24,000 nt of DNA, from contig CAWHTG010000002.1 of the NCBI GenBank assembly GCA_963832245.1, positions 886,011-910,010 on the forward strand, read 5' to 3'. Of this stretch, positions 14,222 through 21,993 are shown in pieces; position 1 is the first letter of the stretch; each line of letters starts with the position of its first letter. The stretch is from an uncultured Acidobacteriota bacterium. GTDB taxonomy: Bacteria > Acidobacteriota > Terriglobia > Terriglobales > Acidobacteriaceae. Both the position numbers and the translations under genes were made by a program. Under the pieces are notes generated by a model. It saw nothing but the letters and a program-made list of their open reading frames with translations. It was not told the DNA's origin and did not search any database.

Positions 14222-16387
14222 ATGCACAAGCCAGTGAAGTATGTGGAGAAAGCAGTCACCGTTGCTGCCAGAGGCGTGTGGGCGGTGTTCGACCGGGTTA
14301 ACCGGATCAAACAGAATCCTTCGCCGACGCCCAAGTGGTCCGATAAGCCGCTGCTTAAGTCTTACGAGAAGACCAAGCCTCCGCTGGGCTGGCCGCGTAC
14401 CACAGACTCGCTGTGCCCGAAGTGTGTTCCCGAAATCCGCCAGCAGATTCTTGATGGCAAGCTCCCCGTCGAAGTTCTGAGCACTGAAAAGGTCGGCGAG
14501 ATCAAAGCCCAGATCATCGAGCGCGATGGCAAGATACTGATGGTGAAGGATTGCGAAAAACACGGCCACTTTGAAGATGTGATGTCGATTGACACCGACT
14601 TCTCGCGCCACTTAGAAGAAGTTTTTCCTGGCCGCGACATTGTTGCGCATAACGACGAGAAGCTGCACCACCACGGCTCGAGCACAGTAAAGTACGGACG
14701 CGGCTCAGTGCTCACCATCGACCTCACCAACCGTTGCAACATGATGTGCGACCCCTGCTTCATGGACGCAAACCAGGTCGGCTTCGTGCACGAGTTGGGC
14801 TGGGAAGATATCAAGACCATGCTCGACAACGCCATCACGATCAAGCCGAAGCGGCAGATGTCGGTGCAATTCTCGGGCGGCGAGCCAACGCTTTCGCCGT
14901 ACTTCCTGGATGCGGTGCGCTACGCGCGCAAAGTTGGATACAACAGCGTGCAGGCTGCGACCAACGGAATTGAGTTTGCCAAGAGCTTGGAGTTCGCGCA
15001 ACAAGCTGCCGAAGCAGGAATGCGCTATGCCTATCTGCAATTCGACGGCATCGGAAACGCCGCGAACGCCCACAGAAAAGTCGGCAACCTCTTCGACGTA
15101 AAGTTGAAAGCCATCGAGAACCTGCACACCGCCGGAATCGAAATCGTCCCGGTAGTCACGATCGTAAACGGAATCAATAACGAGCAGGTAGGACGCATCA
15201 TCAAGTTCGCCCTCGACAATCCCAAAAAGATCGGCTTCCTAAGCTTCCAACCAGTAAGCTTCACCGGCCGCGATGAAGCCGTTACCGACGACCGCCGCGA
15301 AGCCCAGCGCTACACGCTCTCCCACCTAGCCCACGACGTAAAAAATCAAACTGGCCTAGGCGAACCAAGCCGGGACTGGTTCCCAATCTCGTTCATGGGA
15401 ACTTTCTCTGACTGGGCCGACCTAATGCACGTAGACGACCCCAAAAACAACTGGGGCCAACTGTCATGTGGTTGCCACCCTAATTGTGGGACGGGGATGG
15501 CTGTGATGATTGATAAGGAGACTAAGGAGGCGGTTCCGGTCACCGCGTTTTTGAAGGGCGATCAACTCGCGAAGGACATTCAGAAGGTCAATGATGCGGC
15601 TCGGGGGAAGTTTCTGACGGTTGTGGGGATGGCTTTGTGTTTGATGAAGAACTACGATCCGTTTCAGTCGCCTACTCATTTCAAGTTGATGGATCTTTTG
15701 AAGAAGTTTGATAAGAACTTTAACGCCACCGGGAAGAATTATGGGAAGGTTGGTCCGGACCGGACGATTGACGACGTGATGAAGCGGCGGCAGGACCGGT
15801 GGAACTTTTTATTTATTGCGGGGATGTGGTTTCAGGATTTGTTCAACTACGATTTCCGGCGGACGGAGCAGTGCATTATTCCTTATGCGACGCAGGAGGG
15901 TGAGATTTCTTTCTGCGCTTACAATACCGGGGTGGGTTGGCGGAACATTATCGAGAAGATGCACATGACCGCTACTCTCACCAAGTGGTATGAGGAGCAT
16001 GGGCGGCATGAGATCTTTGCGGGTGGTAAGAATGTGAAGATGGAGTCGACGGCGCACTCTCTGCTGCTTAAGGATGAGTTGGTAACTAATGAAGAGCAGC
16101 GGGATCTCGATAAGCTGGGTATTGCCAAGAATTCGCGGGAAGAGAAGCTGCGGGCGCGGGATGCGAAGCAGCAAGCTTCCGGCGTCGGACTTCAGGCTTC
16201 AGGAAAGAAAGATGCACGCGGTCCGCAGAAGGATGATGCGGCTTACAATGCGCGCATGGCGGCTCTCTATCGCGAAGTGGTGTTGCAGGAGAAGCCGGCT
16301 GTGGCGGAGAACGGGTTTATTCCTTTGGGGGCTTTGACTGCTTCGAAACCTAAAGTGGACGTGGGAGAGCCGGTTTTGGGGGATTGA
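14222..16387 (+). CDS. radical SAM protein, MJ0619/COG1964 (Tes / GDGT-MAS-like membrane-spanning lipid synthase) type
   Basis: Canonical CNMMCDPC (CX3CX2C) followed by the FSGGEPTL SAM motif. An N-terminal CPKC...(42 aa)...CEKHGH knuckle resembles a rubredoxin/zinc ribbon. Downstream Cys clusters are CGCHPNCG and CIIPYATQEGEISFCAYN. The radical SAM call is solid; the Tes-family assignment is from memory of the family architecture. Confidence 0.85.
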   Translation: MHKPVKYVEKAVTVAARGVWAVFDRVNRIKQNPSPTPKWSDKPLLKSYEKTKPPLGWPRTTDSLCPKCVPEIRQQILDGKLPVEVLSTEKVGEIKAQIIERDGKILMVKDCEKHGHFEDVMSIDTDFSRHLEEVFPGRDIVAHNDEKLHHHGSSTVKYGRGSVLTIDLTNRCNMMCDPCFMDANQVGFVHELGWEDIKTMLDNAITIKPKRQMSVQFSGGEPTLSPYFLDAVRYARKVGYNSVQAATNGIEFAKSLEFAQQAAEAGMRYAYLQFDGIGNAANAHRKVGNLFDVKLKAIENLHTAGIEIVPVVTIVNGINNEQVGRIIKFALDNPKKIGFLSFQPVSFTGRDEAVTDDRREAQRYTLSHLAHDVKNQTGLGEPSRDWFPISFMGTFSDWADLMHVDDPKNNWGQLSCGCHPNCGTGMAVMIDKETKEAVPVTAFLKGDQLAKDIQKVNDAARGKFLTVVGMALCLMKNYDPFQSPTHFKLMDLLKKFDKNFNATGKNYGKVGPDRTIDDVMKRRQDRWNFLFIAGMWFQDLFNYDFRRTEQCIIPYATQEGEISFCAYNTGVGWRNIIEKMHMTATLTKWYEEHGRHEIFAGGKNVKMESTAHSLLLKDELVTNEEQRDLDKLGIAKNSREEKLRARDAKQQASGVGLQASGKKDARGPQKDDAAYNARMAALYREVVLQEKPAVAENGFIPLGALTASKPKVDVGEPVLGD

Positions 16388-16450
16388 TTCTCGAAAAGGC
16401 GTCAGCACCGAGTGTGTGGAAGAGAACGATTTGAGGACTTATATTGCGCA

Positions 16451-16476
16451 GGCCGCCAGTGTTGGCGGCTTTTTTC
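16451..16476 (+). terminator. rho-independent terminator of the radical SAM gene
   Basis: GGCCGCC-AGTGTT-GGCGGCT followed by TTTTTT, 64 nt after the stop codon. Confidence 0.7.
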
Positions 16477-16543
16477 AGTGCTGCTCACGGTGCGCCGACT
16501 TTCTGCAACTCTTTTCCACTGCCGACCTTACCGTCTCCCACCT

Positions 16544-16882
16544 TTACAAAAGGCGTAAAGGTGGGCCAGCCCCCGGTGTAATGATTTCCCAGGGGGACAT
16601 TCCTTCTAGGGTCTGTATCAATCCATTGGCGTCCTCCGGAGTCGAGAATCCCCTCCAAGTCCGCTCGCGACCCGCATCGCCAATGCGCTCGTCAACTCCG
16701 ATGAACAATTCCCCTCCGGCTGTATTCGCGAAGGCACTTACAGCCTTGGTAACGCTGGCTGGGCTAATATCGACTGCCTTCAGATCGACGAAATGACCTT
16801 CCTCAGTTGTGAGTAGGACTTCAACTTCATCGTCAGCCATCCTCGTTACGGTGATTGACATAGCATTCAGCAGAAAAAACAT
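16544..16882 (-). pseudogene. truncated AlbA_2 (Schlafen-like 'divergent AAA' DNA-binding) domain fragment
   Basis: EEGHFVDLKAVDISPASVTKAVSAFANTAGGELFIGVDE matches the N-terminal AlbA_2 signature (E..EFK...i.AfaNt.GG.l.iGv). Full-length relatives are several hundred aa, whereas this ORF stops after ~100 aa inside a 10-bp-arm hairpin (16538-16566). Only ~150 nt remain before the next gene. The start is uncertain (16882, 16861 or 16840). Confidence 0.55.
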
Positions 16883-17054
16883 TAGCGATACAGCAAATTT
16901 ATGTTTACAAATCTATCAGGTTCCCAAGTCAATGGAATATTTTCCAAACAGCGAAATAGCGGACATCTCGGTCGAAGACGCCAGCCCAGGGGGGATATTT
17001 AGATCGGGTCTCCGGTGAATGAGTGTAATCGCGATTTTGCACCAAGTTGGTGCA

Positions 17055-18344
17055 TCAATTCGTCTTACTCTGGCCGGTTGTGCTAGTGGAAGGCGCAAAC
17101 GCAATCTGTATGTTCTTCCTGAGGTCGTCGAGTCCAGATTGGCTGCCGTGCATGAACAACCATGCGATCCAGTAGTTGTTGTCTTCGGTGAAGATGACGG
17201 AAGTGAAGACATCGAGCGGCTGCTTTGTGTTCGGTATGTCGGCCTTGAACTCGCTGGAAAGGTCAAGCATCATCCGATTCTGTAGCATGAATGCTCTGAG
17301 CGTGTTTTGACCTTTGCCAAAGAACGGCGTTCGCGAAAGTGCCCTCGACATTTGCATACCCAACTGCCGGAGTACCTGTTGATCATTAATCGAACTCGGC
17401 AAGTGCATACCCGGTAGGCAGTCGGAGTCGAACGCCATAATCCCAACTAGCGGGTTGACTCCATCAGTCCTCGTGCCCTCAGGATATTGCGTGGTCGAAA
17501 GCAGTATCCTGCCACACTCTGTTGCGACCTCGTGTTCGCGCGCCGCAGCTGGGTCATTCCCGTACGCAAACTGATGCCCAGCTTCCACGACTTTATCCTG
17601 CGTTGCCTTATCAGCGACGATCCATCCGGCTGGAAATTGAAAAGAAAAACCGAGCGTGTTGTTCGTATACGTGTTGGCTGATACGATTCCGGGGTTTAGT
17701 TGAGCAATATGCGTGGGAGATACTGGAGCGTGAGACGTACCCTCAGTTTTCGCTGGAAAGAGGCGGGCGTTATTACCCGCCAAGACCTTCGCCTGAGCGG
17801 GATCAACGAACGTGATCGACTCGACGCTGTGCCGCAGTTCTTTGGCAAGCTTCCCATCGTAAGACACCACCATGAATTGTAACGTGTAACCGCTCATCGT
17901 GGTCGCATACATGAGCGTATGCATCGTGCCAGCGCGACTACTCTCCTCCGACTCAGATTTCCAGAACTCTCTGCCCCCGATCTCAACTTTTTTAACTGAG
18001 CCCCCTTTTACCCCCGCCGCCGCTTTCCGAGCCTCGTCAGTCGGGTTGCCAACGCTTTGAGTCGCGCTGACTCTCAAGGCGGTTAACCCGTTTCGCTGAG
18101 TTTGAACACCAAAAATTGAGCGGGACTTGCCCAACGGGGGAGGCACGAAATCCCGAAAATCGATATCTTGGGGAAGGGTCAGCGAAAATCCAGAAAATGC
18201 GTTGACATAACGCGAATCGGAAATGTATCCCGTTTCTGGTATAGGCGCTGGCCCTCGTTCTGCCTGACTCAGCATTCGAGTCTGGACGATCACGCAAAAC
18301 AGGAGCACTCCCACGCGTGCAACCGTACTCTTAGAGCAGATCAT
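17055..18344 (-). CDS. secreted hypothetical protein
   Basis: 429-aa ORF with an N-terminal hydrophobic leader (VARVGVLLFCVIVQTRMLSQA). No recognisable domain. G+C is lower than the flanks (29/60 in the line I counted). Confidence 0.65.
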   Translation of the reverse strand: MICSKSTVARVGVLLFCVIVQTRMLSQAERGPAPIPETGYISDSRYVNAFSGFSLTLPQDIDFRDFVPPPLGKSRSIFGVQTQRNGLTALRVSATQSVGNPTDEARKAAAGVKGGSVKKVEIGGREFWKSESEESSRAGTMHTLMYATTMSGYTLQFMVVSYDGKLAKELRHSVESITFVDPAQAKVLAGNNARLFPAKTEGTSHAPVSPTHIAQLNPGIVSANTYTNNTLGFSFQFPAGWIVADKATQDKVVEAGHQFAYGNDPAAAREHEVATECGRILLSTTQYPEGTRTDGVNPLVGIMAFDSDCLPGMHLPSSINDQQVLRQLGMQMSRALSRTPFFGKGQNTLRAFMLQNRMMLDLSSEFKADIPNTKQPLDVFTSVIFTEDNNYWIAWLFMHGSQSGLDDLRKNIQIAFAPSTSTTGQSKTN

Positions 18345-18478
18345 GATGTACCTGCATCAGTATTATGCCCTTTTCCGAAACTGACGCAAACAGCGATTAC
18401 ACTCAAAACTCCCGTTTGAAGGTAGTTTTCCGAGGGGGTGCAACTTTGGATGGCTCTAGCTCCTATCCCCATCCCAGA

Positions 18479-18507
18479 TTGACACTCACCCGAGGCGCCC
18501 CTAGACT
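18479..18507 (+). promoter_or_regulatory. candidate sigma70 promoter for nuoB
   Basis: TTGACA (18479-18484), a 17-nt spacer, then TAGACT (18502-18507), about 58 nt upstream of the nuoB ATG. Confidence 0.5.
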
Positions 18508-18565
18508 GGAATTGCTCTCGTGAAGTGCGAAAGCGAACCGTGGAATGGGAGCCTGAGGACTTTCA

Positions 18566-19126
18566 ATGGCCTGGCTGCAAAATAAGTTTGAAAAGAATTT
18601 TCTGATCACGACCGTGGATTATGTCTTTAACTGGGCGCGGAAGTCGGCGGTGTGGCCGATGACGTTTGGGTTGGCTTGCTGCGCGATTGAGATGATTGCG
18701 TCTTCGACGGCGCGGTTTGATATTGCGCGCTTTGGGTCGGAGGTGTTTCGGCCCAGCCCGCGGCAGAGCGATTTGATGATCGTGGCTGGGACGGTGACGC
18801 TAAAAATGGCGCCGGTGGTGAAACGTATTTATGACCAGATGCCTGATCCTAAGTGGGTGATCTCGATGGGGGCGTGTTCCTCGGTGGGCGGGCCGTTCAA
18901 TACTTATGCGGTGTTGCAGGGTGTGGACAAAATCGTGCCGACGGATGTTTATGTGATTGGATGTCCGCCGCGTCCGGAGAATCTGTTTTATGCGCTGCTC
19001 AAGCTGCAAGATAAGATCGACCAGATGACTTTGGCGAAGAAGCCTACGGAAGTGCGCCTGGATCAGAATATGGTGGAGAATTTCAAGCGGCAGGTTATGA
19101 TCGCGCAGACTTTGCAGCCGAAGTAG
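18566..19126 (+). CDS. nuoB: NADH-quinone oxidoreductase subunit B (NuoB / NDH-1 20-kDa subunit)
   Basis: [36 protein letters not shown] and [11 protein letters not shown] carry the four conserved N2-cluster Cys positions and the hallmark NuoB blocks. GAGGA SD 6 nt upstream. Confidence 0.9.
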   Translation: MAWLQNKFEKNFLITTVDYVFNWARKSAVWPMTFGLACCAIEMIASSTARFDIARFGSEVFRPSPRQSDLMIVAGTVTLKMAPVVKRIYDQMPDPKWVISMGACSSVGGPFNTYAVLQGVDKIVPTDVYVIGCPPRPENLFYALLKLQDKIDQMTLAKKPTEVRLDQNMVENFKRQVMIAQTLQPK

Positions 19127-19131
19127 AAAAA

Positions 19132-19195
19132 GCAGCATTCAGCAGTCAGCACTCAGTAAATCCGGTGTGACTGAATGCTGAGTGCTGAATGCTCG
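19132..19195. repeat. long imperfect hairpin built from CAGCANT heptads
   Basis: The 5' arm GCAGCATTCAGCAGTCAGCACTCAGT (19132-19157), the loop AAATCCGGTGTG, and the 3' arm ACTGAATGCTGAGTGCTGAATGCTCG (19170-19195). It starts 6 nt after the nuoB stop. No T-run follows. Confidence 0.75.
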
Positions 19196-19335
19196 TCAGG
19201 CTCACCTCCCAATCTGAACTTCCTCCTGAGGGCGAAGCTAAGGAATTTCCTTGTGGCGACAAGGTGATCTGCGGCGCCAAAGTTGCGGTCTACACGATCA
19301 AAGTGGAAGGTTCGGACGTGCTGATCGAAACATAG
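19189..19335 (+). CDS. 48-aa ORF, possible Rieske/NirD-like remnant
   Basis: Hand translation gives MLVRLTSQSELPPEGEAKEFPCGDKVICGAKVAVYTIKVEGSDVLIET. The N-terminal 'L-P-EGE-K-F' and C-terminal 'Y-I-V-EG-D-VLIE' resemble the first and last strands of small Rieske-fold proteins, but the Cys/His cluster-binding core is absent. The ATG lies inside the hairpin arm. An antisense 79-aa track ORF overlaps it. Confidence 0.25.
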   Translation: MLVRLTSQSELPPEGEAKEFPCGDKVICGAKVAVYTIKVEGSDVLIET

Positions 19336-19438
19336 TTTCCGATAGGGGCATGTTGCAGCTTGGTAAAGGCTTAGAAACGCTACTTTAGCCAAGAAATCAG
19401 GTTAACGACCCACCCCGGACAGGGCGCGGTCTTTCATC

Positions 19439-19467
19439 TTGACAGGTACCCCGGACTGGAATAATGT
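19439..19467 (+). promoter_or_regulatory. candidate sigma70 promoter for the 19576 gene
   Basis: TTGACA (19439-19444), then AATAAT (15-nt spacer) or TAATGT (17-nt spacer) at 19460-19467. Confidence 0.45.
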
Positions 19468-19575
19468 TCGCTCCGGCCAGAAAATCGAACCTCCCCCGGG
19501 GCCGGGTCCGAGCAAACCGCTACTCCCAGGCCCGCCCAGCAAAAGCGGCTTCCAACCGAGAAGGAGGAAACAGTG

Positions 19576-20325
19576 ATGACTTCGAGAAATCTCACCATGG
19601 CTACATTAATCTGTGCCGCCATGTTTTTCGCATCTGCCCAACGCGCAGCAGGTTGCTCGAATTCGAGCCTCACCGGCGCGTACGGACTCAGTTCCGGTGG
19701 CACCGATAAAGGCAGTTCGCCTAACAATACCGTCGGGCTGCTCAGTTTTGATGGAAAAGGCGGATTCACGGGAATCGTGACCACAAGCAAGGGCGGTGTG
19801 GTTCAGAATGGTCCCGTCAGCGGAACTTACCAAGTCAGTACAAACTGCACCGGCTCGGGAACCGTTGTGCTGGGTGGCAAGACCAGGCACCTCAACCTGG
19901 ACGTAACCTCCGGAGGCGCTGGCTTTGACTTCATTCAAACCGACTCCGGCCGGACTCTAAGCGGTTTCGCCATCGCGCAAGGAAAGCCCACCTGCACCGA
20001 TGCAGGAGTCAAGGGTACCTATGGATTCCAAGCCGCCGGACTCTTCGAAACGATTGGACCGGTTGCCTTCACTGGACAGCTCAAATTGGATGGCGCCGGA
20101 AACGTCACCGGGACCGAATCGGGCAGCCTCAATGGCACGATTTTCTCCAACCTGAAACTCACCGGCACCTACGCTGTCAATTCCAATTGCACCGGCAGCG
20201 CCAAGGTAACGCCGCAAGGCCTGTCGACCTTTAACCTGAATCTTGTAGTGATCGGCGGCGGAGCGAAAATGCTGGCCATCGAGACCGATGCTAATACGAA
20301 CGTATCGGGCTCCGCCCAAAAGTAG
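19576..20325 (+). CDS. secreted protein made of two tandem ~110-aa modules
   Basis: AGGAGG SD 8 nt upstream of the ATG at 19576 (a GTG at 19573 is also possible). Signal peptide MATLICAAMFFASAQRAAG. Two homologous modules each run Cys...GxYG...GTYxVxxNCTGSxxV. Confidence 0.75.
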   Translation: MTSRNLTMATLICAAMFFASAQRAAGCSNSSLTGAYGLSSGGTDKGSSPNNTVGLLSFDGKGGFTGIVTTSKGGVVQNGPVSGTYQVSTNCTGSGTVVLGGKTRHLNLDVTSGGAGFDFIQTDSGRTLSGFAIAQGKPTCTDAGVKGTYGFQAAGLFETIGPVAFTGQLKLDGAGNVTGTESGSLNGTIFSNLKLTGTYAVNSNCTGSAKVTPQGLSTFNLNLVVIGGGAKMLAIETDANTNVSGSAQK

Positions 20326-20342
20326 TTCATCGGTGAATAAAG

Positions 20343-20372
20343 AAGGCCGCAAGCCTGTTTGCGGCCTTTTCG
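20343..20372. terminator. bidirectional rho-independent terminator
   Basis: AAGGCCGCAA-GCCTGT-TTGCGGCCTT followed by TTCGTCT on the plus strand and CTTTATT on the minus strand. It lies between convergent transcription units. Confidence 0.75.
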
Positions 20373-20566
20373 TCTGAGCCAAATGACCTACCTTAAGTGA
20401 GCGGTGAAAATCCGTGGCCGATTTTCCTAGTGCTGGGGTCCGCCATGACCACCGCCGTGGCCACCACGCCCACTGCCACGAGAGCTGGCCATTTTTTTGT
20501 GCGCCGATGACCTGGTGACAGCGCTTGCTTGCGCCGATTGAAAAGGAATAAGACTGAAAGCAAAGG

Positions 20567-21808
20567 TTAGCTGAGAAATCCCAGGAATTTCCCCGGTTGA
20601 TTGTCGAAGCCTGGGAAGACCTGGTTCAGCGATTTGTTTCCCAGATGCTTGTAGACTGCTTCGCCTAGCACTTGGCGGAAGTCTGTGGTTACGGCGAGGT
20701 CGCGGGCTTCGTAGAGTTGGGATTGGTCTAAGCCGGGCCAGCGTCCGTAGACTTTGCCTCCTTTTAGTGGGCCACCCATTACGAACATCACGTTGGCGTG
20801 GCCGTGGTCGGTGCCGCGGTTTCCATTTTCGCGGGCGGTGCGGCCGAATTCTGACATGGTTACGATTATTGTGTCTTCGGTTAGATTGCCGAGATCGGTC
20901 CAGAAGGCGGCTAGCGATTGCGAGAATTCGTGGAGGACGTTGGCGATCTGGCCTTGGGTGCTGCCTTCGTTGACGTGATGGTCCCAGCCGCCGATGTCGG
21001 CGAACGCGACTTGCACTCCCAGGTTAGCTTTGATGAGTTGAGCTAGTTGCTTGAGACTGTCGCCGAAGCGTCCGTTGGGATAGTTGGCGGTGGCTGCGGG
21101 GGTGTATTTGGCTGGGTCGGCGGCCTTCAACATCTTTACCGCTTCGAACGTTTCCTGGCCGGTGCCGTGCAGAACGGCGTCGACCGAATGTTCGTACATG
21201 GCTTCGAACGTGTTGGCGTTGGGTGAGGCTTTGGGATTGTTTCCGCCTACGCCGAAATCGTTGATGTTGTTTATGGCTACTGCGGGCTCGCTGCCGGAAA
21301 GAATTCTCGGCATGGACGGGCCGAGGGCGATGGCGCGGAAGGCGGATTGGTTGGGTTGAGGTAAGGAATGTAGCGATCGGTTCAGCCAGCCGTCTTCGGT
21401 GGCCTTCACGCCGGGTGTGCCGGATTCCATGAAATCTTGGGCGTCGAAATGGGAGCGGGAGGGGTCGGGTGAGCCGGCGGCGTGGATGATGGCCAGGTGG
21501 CGCTGCTTCCAGAGCGGTTGCAGGGGTGCGAGGGCGGGGTGGAGTCCGAAGAAGCCGTCGAGGTCGAGGACTGCGTTGCGGGGGATGTTGATGGTCGGAC
21601 GCATGGCGTAGTAGGCGCGCTCGCCGTGGGGTACGACGATGTTGAGGCCGTCGGCCGCGCCGCGTTGGAAGATGACGACCAGGCGTTTGTTTTTGGCGCT
21701 TTGCAATTCGGTGGCGCATGCTGCGCGAGTGAGAAATGCGGGGATGGTTGCGGTGCCGACTACTGCGAGTCCGCCGTTTCTTAGGAATATCCGCCTTGTG
21801 ATTGACAT
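20567..21808 (-). CDS. DUF1501 domain protein (sulfatase-fold, Tat-exported)
   Basis: Start moved to the ATG at 21808 (MSITRRIFLRNGGLAVVGTATIPAFL, a Tat leader), with an AGGAG SD 8 nt upstream. The GWDHH, MSEFGRT and GTDHGH blocks are typical of DUF1501. The longer track ORF N-terminus is read through intergenic repeats. Confidence 0.85.
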   Translation of the reverse strand: MSITRRIFLRNGGLAVVGTATIPAFLTRAACATELQSAKNKRLVVIFQRGAADGLNIVVPHGERAYYAMRPTINIPRNAVLDLDGFFGLHPALAPLQPLWKQRHLAIIHAAGSPDPSRSHFDAQDFMESGTPGVKATEDGWLNRSLHSLPQPNQSAFRAIALGPSMPRILSGSEPAVAINNINDFGVGGNNPKASPNANTFEAMYEHSVDAVLHGTGQETFEAVKMLKAADPAKYTPAATANYPNGRFGDSLKQLAQLIKANLGVQVAFADIGGWDHHVNEGSTQGQIANVLHEFSQSLAAFWTDLGNLTEDTIIVTMSEFGRTARENGNRGTDHGHANVMFVMGGPLKGGKVYGRWPGLDQSQLYEARDLAVTTDFRQVLGEAVYKHLGNKSLNQVFPGFDNQPGKFLGFLS

Positions 21809-21814
21809 AAAAAC

Positions 21815-21849
21815 AGCTCCTAGCTCTTGGCTCCTGGCTTTTGGCTTTT
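21815..21849. repeat. tandem heptamer repeat, five units (plus strand AGCTCCT AGCTCTT GGCTCCT GGCTTTT GGCTTTT)
   Basis: Read directly from the sequence. On the minus strand these are NNNAGCC/T-type heptads, the same class as 13868-13923. The proximal unit supplies the SD of the DUF1501 gene. Confidence 0.75.
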
Positions 21850-21892
21850 CAGGCGATGCTCTCCTGCATTTGGCGCGGCCTGAACCGTCGGG

Positions 21893-21963
21893 ATGACAAT
21901 TCGTAGCGAGGACATGACAATTCGTGGGGAGCTTGTCACCGCTGAAACACTTACCGCTGAAAC
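21893..21963. repeat. two pairs of short direct repeats in the DUF1800-DUF1501 spacer
   Basis: ATGACAATTCGT at 21893-21904 and 21914-21925 (21-nt period). ACCGCTGAAAC at 21938-21948 and 21953-21963 (15-nt period). Confidence 0.75.
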
Positions 21964-21993
21964 GCCTTAAGAGATAAACGCGGATTGCCATAG

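Noticed and set aside
14105-14611. 168-aa minus-strand ORF overlapping the start of the radical SAM gene. Other antisense ORFs lie inside that gene (14362-14844, 14705-15127, 15809-16174).
   Set aside because: They are antisense to a CDS with unambiguous radical SAM motifs, and they have no motifs, signal sequence or SD of their own.
16416-16796. 126-aa plus-strand ORF downstream of the radical SAM gene.
   Set aside because: It starts before the rho-independent terminator at 16451-16476 and runs through it. It is also antisense to the AlbA_2 fragment, which has a recognisable family signature.
19153-19392. 79-aa minus-strand track ORF after nuoB.
   Set aside because: It begins and ends in non-coding-looking sequence and runs through the heptad hairpin. 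The plus-strand 48-aa reading has at least some protein-like pattern. Neither is strongly supported, so only the plus ORF is listed, at low confidence.
18490-19470. Shared 9-mer GACTGGAAT in the nuoB promoter (18504-18512) and in the 19576-gene promoter (19455-19463).
   Set aside because: The 9-mer sits at different distances from the -35 hexamer in the two promoters (19 vs 9 nt). It therefore does not align as a common promoter element, and it is probably chance or part of the -10 regions.
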